This document shows positions 29,777-39,118 of a stretch of DNA of 39,237 nucleotides, in pieces. The DNA lies in sequence record SRR20825019_3144; one strand, 5' to 3'. The notes under the pieces were generated by a model. It had not been told where the DNA came from. It searched no databases and worked only from the letters and a program-made list of their open reading frames with translations. Both the position numbers and the translations under genes were made by a program. Position 1 is the first letter of the stretch, and every line of letters begins with the position of its first letter.

Positions 29777-31807
29777 ATGGAACTCTTCGCGACCGCCCTG
29801 CCGGCGCTTGCCGACGCATGGGCTCTGATTTTGCAACCTGTCGTCCTCGGCTACCTTGTCCTTGGCGTCGTCATGGGCCTTGCCGTGGGTGTCTTTCCGG
29901 GGCTTGGCGGCATCGCCGGTCTGTCGCTGCTGCTGCCGTTCATGTTCGGCATGGAGCCAGTTTACGGGTTGGCGCTGATGATCGGGATGGTCGCCGTGGT
30001 TCCGACGTCGGACACGTTTTCTTCCGTGCTCATGGGTATTCCCGGCTCTTCCGCCTCGCAGGCGACGGTGCTTGACGGCTTTCCGCTGGCCCGCAAGGGC
30101 CAGGCCGCACGCGCTCTGTCGGCGGCGTTCACCGCCTCCCTTTTCGGGGGGCTGGTCGGCGCCTGTTTCCTGACGCTTTTCATTGTCGTCGCGCGGCCGC
30201 TGGTGCTGGCCTTTGGCCTGCCCGAAATGCTGATGATTTCGATCCTCGGCCTGTCGATGGTTGCGGTTCTCGCCGGACGGGTCGCGTTGAAAGGCCTGGC
30301 TGCGGCGGGGCTGGGCATGTTGATCGGCACCATTGGCGTTGCCGATGCGGGCGGGTCGCTGCGCATGGCGAGCTATGATTTTCCCTATCTCATGGATGGG
30401 CTGAAACTGGTCATCGTCGGCCTTGGCATCTTTGCCGTGCCCGAGATCGTGTCGCTGCTGCGGCAGGACCGGTCCATCTCGAAGGATGCTTCCCTGGGTG
30501 CGGGCTGGATGGACGGTGTGCGCGACTGGATCGACAACAAATGGTTGTCCGTGCGTTGTTCGCTGATCGGCGTTCTGGTCGGCGTCATTCCCGGCCTGGG
30601 TGGTTCGGTCGTGGACTGGATTGCCTATGGCCATGCGGTTCAGACCACCAAGGACAAGTCAAACTTTGGCAAGGGCGAAATCCGCGGCGTGATCGGACCG
30701 GAAAGCTCGAACAACGCCAAGGAGGGTGGCGGGCTCGTCCCGACGCTGCTTTTTGGTATTCCCGGTTCGGGGTCCATGGCGATCTTCATCGGTGCCATAG
30801 CACTTTTGGGGTCCGGCGATATCGAGGTCGGACCGTCGATGCTGCGCGACAATCTGGACATCACCTATTCCATCGTCTGGTTGCTGGCGCTGGCCAATGT
30901 GGTGGGCACGTTGCTGTGCATTGGCATCTCGGGTGGCATTGCCCGTCTGACCACGATCCGCTTTACCTATCTTGCCCCGTTCCTGTTCATGCTGATCTCT
31001 TTTGCGGCATTCCAGTCGGGGCAAAACTTCGAGGACATCCTCGCGCTTTTCGCCATCGGACTTATCGGCATCTTCCTGCGGCGCTTTGACTGGTCGCGGC
31101 CTGCCTTCCTGATCGGTTTCGTGCTGTCCGACCCGGTCGAGAAATTCTCTAACCAGGCCTTTCAGATCGCATCCTTCCGGTTCCGCCAATCCTTTGAGGA
31201 AGGTCTGAGCTATATCTTCTCGCCCATCGTGATCGTTCTGCTGGTGGTCACCGTGGTGTCCGTTGTCATGGGGCTGCGGCAGGCCAAGACCATCATGGCC
31301 GAGGGCGATGTGCAGTCCGGTTCCAAACGGGCGCCGGTTGTCTTTCTGCTGGTCATCACGGCCTATGTCGTGACGGCGCTGATCAACGCCAGCCTGATCC
31401 CCAATTTCAACATGACCGACAAGATCGTGCCCTTGGTGATCGGAGGCGTCACACTGGCTGCCTTGCTGGTGCTTCTGGTGCAGATGATCCTGCGGAACGA
31501 GAGCGACGCGATCTTTTCCGACAAGGAATCGGCAGGTGAAGACGCGGATGCGCCCTATGGGCTCTGGAGCGCGCTTGCCTGGTTCGTCGGCCTGATCGCC
31601 GCGACCTATGTGCTGGGTTTCATTCTGGCGCTGTTCGGCTTCCTCGTGACCTTCCTGCGGGTCCGGGCACAGGCACCATGGCCCAAAACGCTGATCCTGA
31701 CAGCCTGCGGTATTGCGCTGATGTGCGTCATGGCCGGTTCGCTGAACCGCGATTTCCCGCCGGGCCTGTTGCAGGACGCCGTTGATCTGCCCTGGCCGCT
31801 GAAATGA
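29777..31807 (+). CDS. tctA: TTT permease TctA with fused C-terminal TctB-like domain
   Basis: GVFPGLG, MGIPG, DGFPLA, GPESSNNA, FGIPGS; about 170 extra hydrophobic residues ending PPGLL. Confidence 0.88.
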   Translation: MELFATALPALADAWALILQPVVLGYLVLGVVMGLAVGVFPGLGGIAGLSLLLPFMFGMEPVYGLALMIGMVAVVPTSDTFSSVLMGIPGSSASQATVLDGFPLARKGQAARALSAAFTASLFGGLVGACFLTLFIVVARPLVLAFGLPEMLMISILGLSMVAVLAGRVALKGLAAAGLGMLIGTIGVADAGGSLRMASYDFPYLMDGLKLVIVGLGIFAVPEIVSLLRQDRSISKDASLGAGWMDGVRDWIDNKWLSVRCSLIGVLVGVIPGLGGSVVDWIAYGHAVQTTKDKSNFGKGEIRGVIGPESSNNAKEGGGLVPTLLFGIPGSGSMAIFIGAIALLGSGDIEVGPSMLRDNLDITYSIVWLLALANVVGTLLCIGISGGIARLTTIRFTYLAPFLFMLISFAAFQSGQNFEDILALFAIGLIGIFLRRFDWSRPAFLIGFVLSDPVEKFSNQAFQIASFRFRQSFEEGLSYIFSPIVIVLLVVTVVSVVMGLRQAKTIMAEGDVQSGSKRAPVVFLLVITAYVVTALINASLIPNFNMTDKIVPLVIGGVTLAALLVLLVQMILRNESDAIFSDKESAGEDADAPYGLWSALAWFVGLIAATYVLGFILALFGFLVTFLRVRAQAPWPKTLILTACGIALMCVMAGSLNRDFPPGLLQDAVDLPWPLK

Positions 31808-31823
31808 TCGCGAGGGACAAGCT

Positions 31824-32912
31824 ATGACACAGACAGGTATTCCCTTCATCTTCATGCGTGGCGGCACCTCGCGCGGTCCCTATTTCAACCGGGCCGACCT
31901 GCCCGGGGACCGCGAGACATTGGCCGAAGTGCTGATGGCCGCCATCGGTGCAGGCCATGCGATCAACATCGACGGCATCGGCGGGGGCGTGGCGGTGACC
32001 ACCAAGGTCGCCATGCTCTCACCCTCCGAGGATGACTGGGCGGATGTGGACTATTTCTTTGCCCAGGTCTCGGTCGCGGACCGGCTGGTGGACTTCAAGC
32101 CGACCTGCGGCAACATCCTGGCGGGTGTTGGCCCGGCCGCGATTGAAATGGGTCTGATCACCCCGACGGGGGATGAGACCGAGGTGAAAATCCGTGCCGT
32201 CAACACCGGGGCAAGGGTGGTGGCGCGCGTCCAGACGCCGGGGGGTGTCCTGCGCTATGACGGTGACACCGAGATTGCAGGCGTTCCCGGTGCGGCGGCG
32301 CCCATTTCGCTTAGCTTCATGGGTGTGGTCGGGTCATCGACAGGTGCGTTCCTTCCGACGGGACATCTGCGCGATAGGTTCGACGGGATCGAGGTCACCT
32401 GTATGGACGTCGCGATGCCGATGGTCATTGCCCGTGCCGGGGATTTTGGCCTGACCGGATATGAGACCGTCGCGGAGCTGGACGCAAACCGCGATTTCTT
32501 TGCGCGGATGGAAGCGGTACGGCTGAAGGCGGGGGCGGCAATGGGCATGGGCGATGTTTCGCAATCCGTGACACCAAAGTTCGGCCTGCTGGCACCTGCG
32601 AAAGACGGCGGAACGATCTGTACCCGCTATTTCATGCCGTGGACGACCCATCCCTCAATGGCGGTGACCGGGTCGCAATGCCTTGCGTCCTGCGCGCTGA
32701 CCCCCGGCACCGTGGCGGATGGCCTGTTGAAGCGGCCCGCGCAAGGCCCGGCCAATGTCGTGCTGGAGCATGCGTCGGGCACCATCGAAGTGTTGGTGGA
32801 TTTCGATCTGACCGACCGGTTCACCCTCAATTCCGCCGGGCTGCTGCGTACGGCGCGCAAGTTGGCGGACGGACAGATCTATGTTCCCGCCTCAGTCATG
32901 AAAGGTCACTGA
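31824..32912 (+). CDS. PrpF-family isomerase (aconitate cis-trans isomerase / 4-oxalomesaconate tautomerase-like)
   Basis: MRGGTSRG, DGIGGG..TTKV, TCGN, AVTG, EHASG and RTARKL motifs. Confidence 0.88.
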   Translation: MTQTGIPFIFMRGGTSRGPYFNRADLPGDRETLAEVLMAAIGAGHAINIDGIGGGVAVTTKVAMLSPSEDDWADVDYFFAQVSVADRLVDFKPTCGNILAGVGPAAIEMGLITPTGDETEVKIRAVNTGARVVARVQTPGGVLRYDGDTEIAGVPGAAAPISLSFMGVVGSSTGAFLPTGHLRDRFDGIEVTCMDVAMPMVIARAGDFGLTGYETVAELDANRDFFARMEAVRLKAGAAMGMGDVSQSVTPKFGLLAPAKDGGTICTRYFMPWTTHPSMAVTGSQCLASCALTPGTVADGLLKRPAQGPANVVLEHASGTIEVLVDFDLTDRFTLNSAGLLRTARKLADGQIYVPASVMKGH

Positions 32913-32913
32913 C

Positions 32914-33729
32914 ATGCCCATGATGAATCTTCTGGTCGCCTTCAATGGCTCTGACGGCTCTGTCGCGGCGCTTCGATATGCGGCGTCGCTGGCGGAGCGG
33001 CTGGGCGCGCATGTCACGGCGATGCTGGCCCATAGCTCACACGAGGTGATCGACAAGCGTTCACGCTGGATCCCAAGAGAGGCGCTGGCGCTGCTTGAGG
33101 CCGCGAACACGGATATCCTGCGCGAGATCGAGGCGAAATTCGAGGCAGAGCGGACCGCGCTTGGGCTGACCAACGCCTTGCAGCTCAAAGAGGTGACGGG
33201 GCGCGTGGACTCTGTGCTGTCCGAGGCCGCACGTCACTATGACATGCTGATTGTCGGCAGCCATGCAGATACGGATGACGCGCATGTCACACTGCACCCG
33301 GACCGGATTGCGCTGTTGTCGGGGCGTCCGGTGACGGTGGTGCCCGCGGGCTATGACGGCGGCGGCGGGTTGAACCACGCCGCGCTGGCCTGGGACGGTG
33401 GCCGTTCGGCGGCCCGTGCATTGTCGGACAGCCTGCGTCTGTTTGAAGAGGCCGGGCGGGTTGATGTCCTGACCGTCGGCCCACGCTCGGGCTGGCCGAT
33501 TGACGATCTGCTGACGCATCTTGATCGTCACGGGGTCGAGGCCACCCATCACGAGTGGCCCAAATCGCAACCTGTTGCGGCAACCCTTGTCAATTGGTGC
33601 AAGAGGAACCGGCCTTCGCTTCTGGTGCTTGGTGCGTTTGAACATTCCAAGTTCCGCGAAGATCTGCTTGGCGGTGTCACTTCAGATGTCCTGTCACAGA
33701 TCGACATCCCCGTTTTGTTGTCTCACTAG
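32914..33729 (+). CDS. Tandem-domain universal stress protein
   Basis: LLVAFNGS, DMLIVG, LAWDGGRSAARA, LGAFEHS..LLGGVT..PVLLSH. Confidence 0.9.
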   Translation: MPMMNLLVAFNGSDGSVAALRYAASLAERLGAHVTAMLAHSSHEVIDKRSRWIPREALALLEAANTDILREIEAKFEAERTALGLTNALQLKEVTGRVDSVLSEAARHYDMLIVGSHADTDDAHVTLHPDRIALLSGRPVTVVPAGYDGGGGLNHAALAWDGGRSAARALSDSLRLFEEAGRVDVLTVGPRSGWPIDDLLTHLDRHGVEATHHEWPKSQPVAATLVNWCKRNRPSLLVLGAFEHSKFREDLLGGVTSDVLSQIDIPVLLSH

Positions 33730-33738
33730 GACTATCGG

Positions 33739-33900
33739 ATGAGCGATTACGAAAAAATCGGCCACCTGCGGCGTGAACTGGAAGACATCCGCAAGGATCT
33801 GTCACAGCGTATTGACCGAGATACGATAGACAATGGCGACCTGAAGATATTGCATGAGCGGGTCAGCCGGGCGATCAAGGCGCTATCGGCTCAGGGTTAG
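33739..33900 (+). CDS. 53-aa helical small protein of unknown function (absent from the ORF track)
   Basis: MSDYEKIGHLRRELEDIRKDLSQRIDRDTIDNGDLKILHERVSRAIKALSAQG; AGGA RBS; exactly fills the gap in the operon. Confidence 0.7.
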   Translation: MSDYEKIGHLRRELEDIRKDLSQRIDRDTIDNGDLKILHERVSRAIKALSAQG

Positions 33901-33913
33901 CGGGACGCGGCGC

Positions 33914-34888
33914 ATGAAGGTTCACATTCTTGATGACTGGTTCGACACGCTGCGGGGTCTGCCCTGTTTCCGGCTTTTGGAGGGGCATGACGTCACGGTC
34001 TGGACGGATCACGAACCGGACGAGGAAGCCCTGGCCGCGCGCCTGTCCGAGGCGGAGTGCGTCGTGCTGTTTCGTGAGCGGACGACGGTTTCGCGGGGAT
34101 TGCTGGAACGGCTGCCAAAGCTGCAATTGATTTCGCAGCGCGGGGTCTGGCCGCATGTTGATGTGGAGGCGTGCACCGATCAGGGTGTTCTTTTGTGTTC
34201 GAACACAGGCGCGGACGGGGCGAATTTTGCTGCGGCCGAGCTGTCCTTTGCCCTTGTCCTTGCGGCGATGCGCCAGCTGCCGCAGCAGATGGCCAGCGCC
34301 AAGGCGGGAAACTGGCAGATGGGCGTGGGGCGCACGTTGCGGGGCCGCATGCTTGGGCTCTACGGCTACGGGCGCATCGGTCGGGTGGTGGCGGACTATG
34401 CCCGCGCCTTCGGGATGGAGGTGCAGTGGTGGGCGTCGGAGGCAGGGCGGGCGAAGGCCGCTGCCGATGGCTGGCAGGTGGCGGATAGCCGGGCCACCTT
34501 TTTCGCACAGAGCGATGTCGTGTCGCTGCACCTGCGCCTGACACCTGCGACGCGGGGCATTGTCAGCGCCGGGGACCTGGCGCAAATGTCGGCCCATTCG
34601 GTGCTTGTGAACACATCGCGCGCGGGATTGATCGCGCCGGGGGCATTGCTGGACGGCCTGAACAAAGGCCACCCCGGCATGGCGGCGATTGACGTCTTCG
34701 ACACCGAGCCGCTGCTGGATCAGGCGGATCCGCTGCTGTCGCATCGAAACCTGATTGCGACGCCGCATATCGGTTTCGTGACCGAAGACGAATTCGACAA
34801 GCAGTTCGCCGATATTTTCGAGCAGGTGAACGCCTATGCCGCGGGCGCGCCGGTCCACATGGTCAACCCTTCCGTCTACGGGCGATAA
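33914..34888 (+). CDS. D-2-hydroxyacid dehydrogenase family protein
   Basis: GYGRIG, SLHL, NTSRA, DVFDTEP, TPHIG; start moved to MKVHILDD. Confidence 0.92.
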   Translation: MKVHILDDWFDTLRGLPCFRLLEGHDVTVWTDHEPDEEALAARLSEAECVVLFRERTTVSRGLLERLPKLQLISQRGVWPHVDVEACTDQGVLLCSNTGADGANFAAAELSFALVLAAMRQLPQQMASAKAGNWQMGVGRTLRGRMLGLYGYGRIGRVVADYARAFGMEVQWWASEAGRAKAAADGWQVADSRATFFAQSDVVSLHLRLTPATRGIVSAGDLAQMSAHSVLVNTSRAGLIAPGALLDGLNKGHPGMAAIDVFDTEPLLDQADPLLSHRNLIATPHIGFVTEDEFDKQFADIFEQVNAYAAGAPVHMVNPSVYGR

Positions 34889-35918
34889 CTGCGGCCAGTA
34901 CGGGCGCGCCAACGATGACGATGACGATCCGCGTCAGGTGGTGCGTGATGACAAAGCCGAGGTCCGCGCCGGTCACGATGGCCAGAACCGTCATTTCTGC
35001 CTGTCCGCCGGGGGCAAAGGCAAGGAAGGCCGCGACCGGGTTTCCCACGCCCAGGGCCGTGACGATGCCGGCAAAGACCGCCGACAGCAGCGCCAGCACC
35101 AGCACATAGGTGATGCCAGCGGCCACCACACGGGTCAGTTCGCCCCAGGTCACGCCCAGAAACTGAACGCCGATGGCGCTGCCGATGAAAAACTGGGCAA
35201 CAAGGATCGCTTCGGCCGGAGGGCGGGCGTGGATCACGTCGGTCAGGGACAGGATTGCGGTGAGGATCATCGGGCCCAGGATTGAGGCCCCGAACAGGCC
35301 GATGCGCTCTCCGCCTTTCCAGCCGATCCAGGCCGCGGCCACCATGATCAGCAGCTCATGCAGGGGCAGGTCGCTGAGCGGCGCGCCAATCGGATTGGTC
35401 AGGCCGACGCCGTAGAAATGGCTGAGGATAAAGGGGGCGACGGTCACGATGATCAGCACCCGCGTGCCATGGACCAGCGACAGCGTGCGCGGGTTTGCCC
35501 CCGCCTCGGTGCCAAAGATCACCATGTCCTGCAGGCCGCCGGGCATGGCGGCGTAATAGGCCGTGGGGGCATCGAATCCCCAGAGCTTGCGGAAGAACGG
35601 CACGCCGACCAGTGCGATCAGCGCGATGAAGAGGGGGATCAGGGCAACGGATGCAGCCATGCGGGGCAGTTCGGCAATGACCTGCGGCGTGATCGAGGCG
35701 CCCACGGCGACGCCGAGGATGGTTCGGGCCGCCACGGAGACCTGCCCGAACCCTCTGAGCGGAAAATGCGCCAAAGCCCCCGCGAGACAAAAGGCCATCG
35801 GTCCGAACAGGAACGGCAAAGGCAGCTGCAGCAGCCAGAACAACGCCGACCCCAATGCCGCCAATGCGATGGTCAGGCCGCGCTGGTTCAGGGATTGATT
35901 CAAAAAATGTTTGCGCAA
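34863..35918 (-). CDS. Membrane protein of the AbrB duplication family
   Basis: Two repeats with PFLFGPM/ASILGPM and MPGG/APGG..EM, HGTR/HLTR; GGGAG RBS before TTG. Confidence 0.85.
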   Translation of the reverse strand: MRKHFLNQSLNQRGLTIALAALGSALFWLLQLPLPFLFGPMAFCLAGALAHFPLRGFGQVSVAARTILGVAVGASITPQVIAELPRMAASVALIPLFIALIALVGVPFFRKLWGFDAPTAYYAAMPGGLQDMVIFGTEAGANPRTLSLVHGTRVLIIVTVAPFILSHFYGVGLTNPIGAPLSDLPLHELLIMVAAAWIGWKGGERIGLFGASILGPMILTAILSLTDVIHARPPAEAILVAQFFIGSAIGVQFLGVTWGELTRVVAAGITYVLVLALLSAVFAGIVTALGVGNPVAAFLAFAPGGQAEMTVLAIVTGADLGFVITHHLTRIVIVIVGAPVLAAVIARRRKG

Positions 35919-35956
35919 AACCGACTCCCGACTCTCTTGACCTCACCCTGAATACT

Positions 35957-35978
35957 CTTGTATCCAAATGTATACAAG
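35957..35978. promoter_or_regulatory. Candidate GntR operator
   Basis: CTTGTATCCA-AA-TGTATACAAG palindrome with one mismatch, overlapping the -10 position of a TTGACC (35937) promoter. Confidence 0.65.
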
Positions 35979-35995
35979 GTAGCCGGGAAGCTTTT

Positions 35996-36679
35996 ATGAC
36001 CACGGATGAAGACAGCACATCACAGGGCAATGCCGCTTATGTCCGCCTGTTGGCCGAACTGCGCGAGGGGCGCCTGAACCCCGGCGACCGGCTGCGTGAA
36101 ACGGAGCTGGCAGAGCGGTTGGGCGTGTCCCGCACCCCGGTGCGCGAAGCGATCCGCCAGCTTGAAGCGGACGGGATCGTCACCCACGTCCCGCGTCAGG
36201 GCGCCACGATACGGACGCTGGATTATGCAGAGGTGATGGAGCTGTACGAAATGCGGGCCGTCCTGGAAGGCACCGCCGCGCGACTGGCGGCGCGGGCGGC
36301 GTCAGATATCGAGATCGAAGAGCTTATCGACATGAACAGGCAGATGGCCGTGGCAGGCAACGGCCCGGAGGCCTTTGTGCTGAACCGACAGTTTCATGCC
36401 GCCCTGCTGGACGCCGCCAAGAACCGTTTTCTCGCAAAGTCGATCCACACACTGCAAAAGGCGCTGATGATCCTCGGCCCGACGACATTGACCGAGCCGG
36501 ACCGCGCCAAGAAAGCGGTGGAGGAACATTTCGGCGTGCTGGACGCGATCAAGGTGCGCGACGGATCGCTGGCCGAGGCGGCGATGCGCGCCCATATCGA
36601 GGCCGCGCAACGGGTGCGTGTGCGGGCCTTGCGCGCGCTGCCCGACCGCGCGCCCGCGTTCGACGGAGATCTGTTGTGA
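35996..36679 (+). CDS. GntR family (FCD) transcriptional regulator
   Basis: ELAERLGVSRTPVREAI HTH, FH..NRFL, EHF..MRAHI. Confidence 0.92.
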   Translation: MTTDEDSTSQGNAAYVRLLAELREGRLNPGDRLRETELAERLGVSRTPVREAIRQLEADGIVTHVPRQGATIRTLDYAEVMELYEMRAVLEGTAARLAARAASDIEIEELIDMNRQMAVAGNGPEAFVLNRQFHAALLDAAKNRFLAKSIHTLQKALMILGPTTLTEPDRAKKAVEEHFGVLDAIKVRDGSLAEAAMRAHIEAAQRVRVRALRALPDRAPAFDGDLL

Positions 36680-38070
36680 CACCCGCCGGGACCAACCCCG
36701 ACGTTGTCGTCATCGGTGGTGGCAACGCAGCGCTTTGTGCTGCCATCACCGCCGCGGAGGCAGGCGCACGGGTTCTGATCCTCGAGGCCGCGCCCAAACC
36801 CTATCGGGGGGGAAATTCCCGCCACACCCGCAATTTTCGCTGTATGCATCAGGGTCCGCTGGGCCCGTTGGTGGACAGCTATACCGAAGAAGAATATCTC
36901 GCCGATCTGCTCAAGGTGACGGGGGGCAAGACACATGAAGGCCTGGCGCGCCTTGCGATACGGACCTCGGAGGCGTGCCTTCCCTGGATGGAGGAACACG
37001 GGGTCCGGTTTCAGCCGTCGCTGTCCGGCACACTCTCGCTGGCGCGCACCAACGCGTTTTTCCTTGGCGGCGGAAAGGGCCTTGTGAATGCCTATTACCG
37101 CACGGCCGAACGTCTGGGCGTCGAAGTGGTTTACGAGGCGCAGGTGACGCACCTGGAGCTGGACGAGGATCGCATCACCTCTGTCGACTATATCCGCGAT
37201 GGCCAGACCCATCGTGTCACAGCCAAATCTGTCGTGGTCGCCTCGGGGGGATTTCAGGCGGACACCGATTGGCTGGCCCGCGCCTGGGGACCGGCGGCCA
37301 GAAATTTCCTGATCCGGGGCACCCCCTATAACCGCGGCGTCGTGCTGGCGGACCTGCTGGCGCAGGACATCGCGCAGGTCGGCGACCCGACGCAATGTCA
37401 TGCGGTTGCCATCGACGGACGTGCGCCGAAATTCGACGGCGGTATCGTCACGCGGCTGGACTGCGTGCCTTTCTCGATCGTGGTCAACAAGGACGCGGAG
37501 CGGTTTTATGACGAGGGCGAAGACGTGTGGCCCAAGCGCTATGCGATCTGGGGCCGGCTGGTGGCCGCGCAGCCCGATCAGGTGGGCTATGTCATCATTG
37601 ACGCGAAATCGCTGAACCTGTTCATGCCTTCGGTCTTTCCACCGATCAAGGCCGACACGCTGGAGGAGCTGGCCGGTAAGCTGGACCTGCCCGCCGAGGC
37701 GCTGGCTGAGACCGTTGCCACATTCAACGCCGCCTGCGGAGACACGTCGGGTTTTCACCCCACCGAACTGGACCGCGTGGCGACCACGGGTCTGACCCCG
37801 CCCAAAACAAACTGGGCGCGGCCAATCACCGAACCGCCTTTTTACGGCTATTCGCTGAGGACGGGCGTCACCTTTACCTATCTCGGGCTGAAGGTCGACG
37901 AAAACGCGCAATGCGCCATCGGCGACCGCCCTGTCACGAACCTGTGGGCCGCCGGAGAGACAATGGCGGGTTCGATCCTCGGGCAGGGGTATCTTGCCGG
38001 TTTCGGCATGACCATCGGCACCGTCTTTGGACGTATAGCAGGCAAGGAGGCCGCAGCCCATGCAAACTGA
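36676..38070 (+). CDS. tcuA: FAD-dependent tricarballylate dehydrogenase
   Basis: GGGNAALCAA, RGGNSRHTRN, DEGEDVWPKRYAIWG, GVTFTYLGL; GTGA coupling to gntR; followed by tcuB. Confidence 0.93.
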   Translation: MTPAGTNPDVVVIGGGNAALCAAITAAEAGARVLILEAAPKPYRGGNSRHTRNFRCMHQGPLGPLVDSYTEEEYLADLLKVTGGKTHEGLARLAIRTSEACLPWMEEHGVRFQPSLSGTLSLARTNAFFLGGGKGLVNAYYRTAERLGVEVVYEAQVTHLELDEDRITSVDYIRDGQTHRVTAKSVVVASGGFQADTDWLARAWGPAARNFLIRGTPYNRGVVLADLLAQDIAQVGDPTQCHAVAIDGRAPKFDGGIVTRLDCVPFSIVVNKDAERFYDEGEDVWPKRYAIWGRLVAAQPDQVGYVIIDAKSLNLFMPSVFPPIKADTLEELAGKLDLPAEALAETVATFNAACGDTSGFHPTELDRVATTGLTPPKTNWARPITEPPFYGYSLRTGVTFTYLGLKVDENAQCAIGDRPVTNLWAAGETMAGSILGQGYLAGFGMTIGTVFGRIAGKEAAAHAN

Positions 38071-39118
38071 TCTTCTTCACGAGGCCAGACGTCAGGCGGA
38101 AATCTGCAACGCCTGCCGCTACTGCGAAGGCTATTGTTCGGTCTTTCCGGCGCTCCATTCGGAACGTGCCTTTTCCGATGGCGACCTGACGCAACTGGCG
38201 AACCTCTGCCACAACTGCCGGGGCTGTTATTACGCCTGCCAATACACCGCCCCGCATGAGTTCGACCTGAACCTGCCGCAGGCGCTGGCCAATGTCCGGC
38301 AGGACAGCTGGGAAGACCTGGCGTCTCCACGCGCGGCGGGGAAAGCCTTTCAAAAAAGCGGTGTCATGATCGCCTTGGTTGCGGTCATCGGCTTTGCGCT
38401 TTTGTTCTGGGCGGCGCGGGCGCTGGCAACCCAGGGCGGCGAAGGGTTTTATGCGGTGCTTTCGCACAACGCCATGGTGGCAATCTTTTTGCCCGCCTTT
38501 CTGTTCCCGCTGTTCAGCATCGCAATCAGTCTGCGCCGTTACTGGCGTCAGGTCGGGGCGCAGCGGCTGAAAGCGGTACATCTTGTTCGGGCCTTCGGTC
38601 AGGCGGCCAACATGAGAAACCTCAAGGGCGGCCACGGGGACGGGTGCAATTTCGAGGACGAGGACCGGTTTTCGCAGGGGCGCAGGATGGCGCATCAGGC
38701 GGTGATGTACGGCTTTTTGTTGTGCTTTGCATCGACCAGCGTGGCCACCGTGATGCACAATGGGCTGAACATGCCTGCGCCCTATCCGTTGCGGTCCCTG
38801 CCCAAGCTGTTGGGTGTTTCCGGCGGACTGCTGCTGGTGCTAGGCTGCGTCGAGATGGTCCGGTTGAAACTGCGCGCCAACACTTCGCTGGGGGCGCAGG
38901 GGGCTTTTGGTGGAGAGATCGCTTTTGTCGGTCTGTTGGGCTTTGTCGGACTGTCGGGGCTTGTGCTTTACGGTCTCGGCCAGACAGCTGCTATGCCTGT
39001 CTTGCTGGCCCTGCATCTGGGTTCGGTTCTGGCCCTCTTCCTGCTGACGCCTTTTACCAAGATGGCGCACGGGTTCTACAGGCTTGCCGCACTGGCTGCC
39101 GACGCGCAAAGGCAATGA
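38060..39118 (+). CDS. tcuB: Tricarballylate utilisation 4Fe-4S membrane protein
   Basis: CNACRYCEGYC and CHNCRGCYYAC clusters, PKLLG, KMAHGFYR. Confidence 0.93.
   Translation: MQTDLLHEARRQAEICNACRYCEGYCSVFPALHSERAFSDGDLTQLANLCHNCRGCYYACQYTAPHEFDLNLPQALANVRQDSWEDLASPRAAGKAFQKSGVMIALVAVIGFALLFWAARALATQGGEGFYAVLSHNAMVAIFLPAFLFPLFSIAISLRRYWRQVGAQRLKAVHLVRAFGQAANMRNLKGGHGDGCNFEDEDRFSQGRRMAHQAVMYGFLLCFASTSVATVMHNGLNMPAPYPLRSLPKLLGVSGGLLLVLGCVEMVRLKLRANTSLGAQGAFGGEIAFVGLLGFVGLSGLVLYGLGQTAAMPVLLALHLGSVLALFLLTPFTKMAHGFYRLAALAADAQRQ

Noticed and set aside
26100-38758. Many long antisense or alternative-frame ORFs (e.g. 26263..27183, 30659..31867, 33875..34912, 36394..38061)
   Set aside because: Expected shadows of GC-rich coding genes with clear identities in another frame or on the other strand
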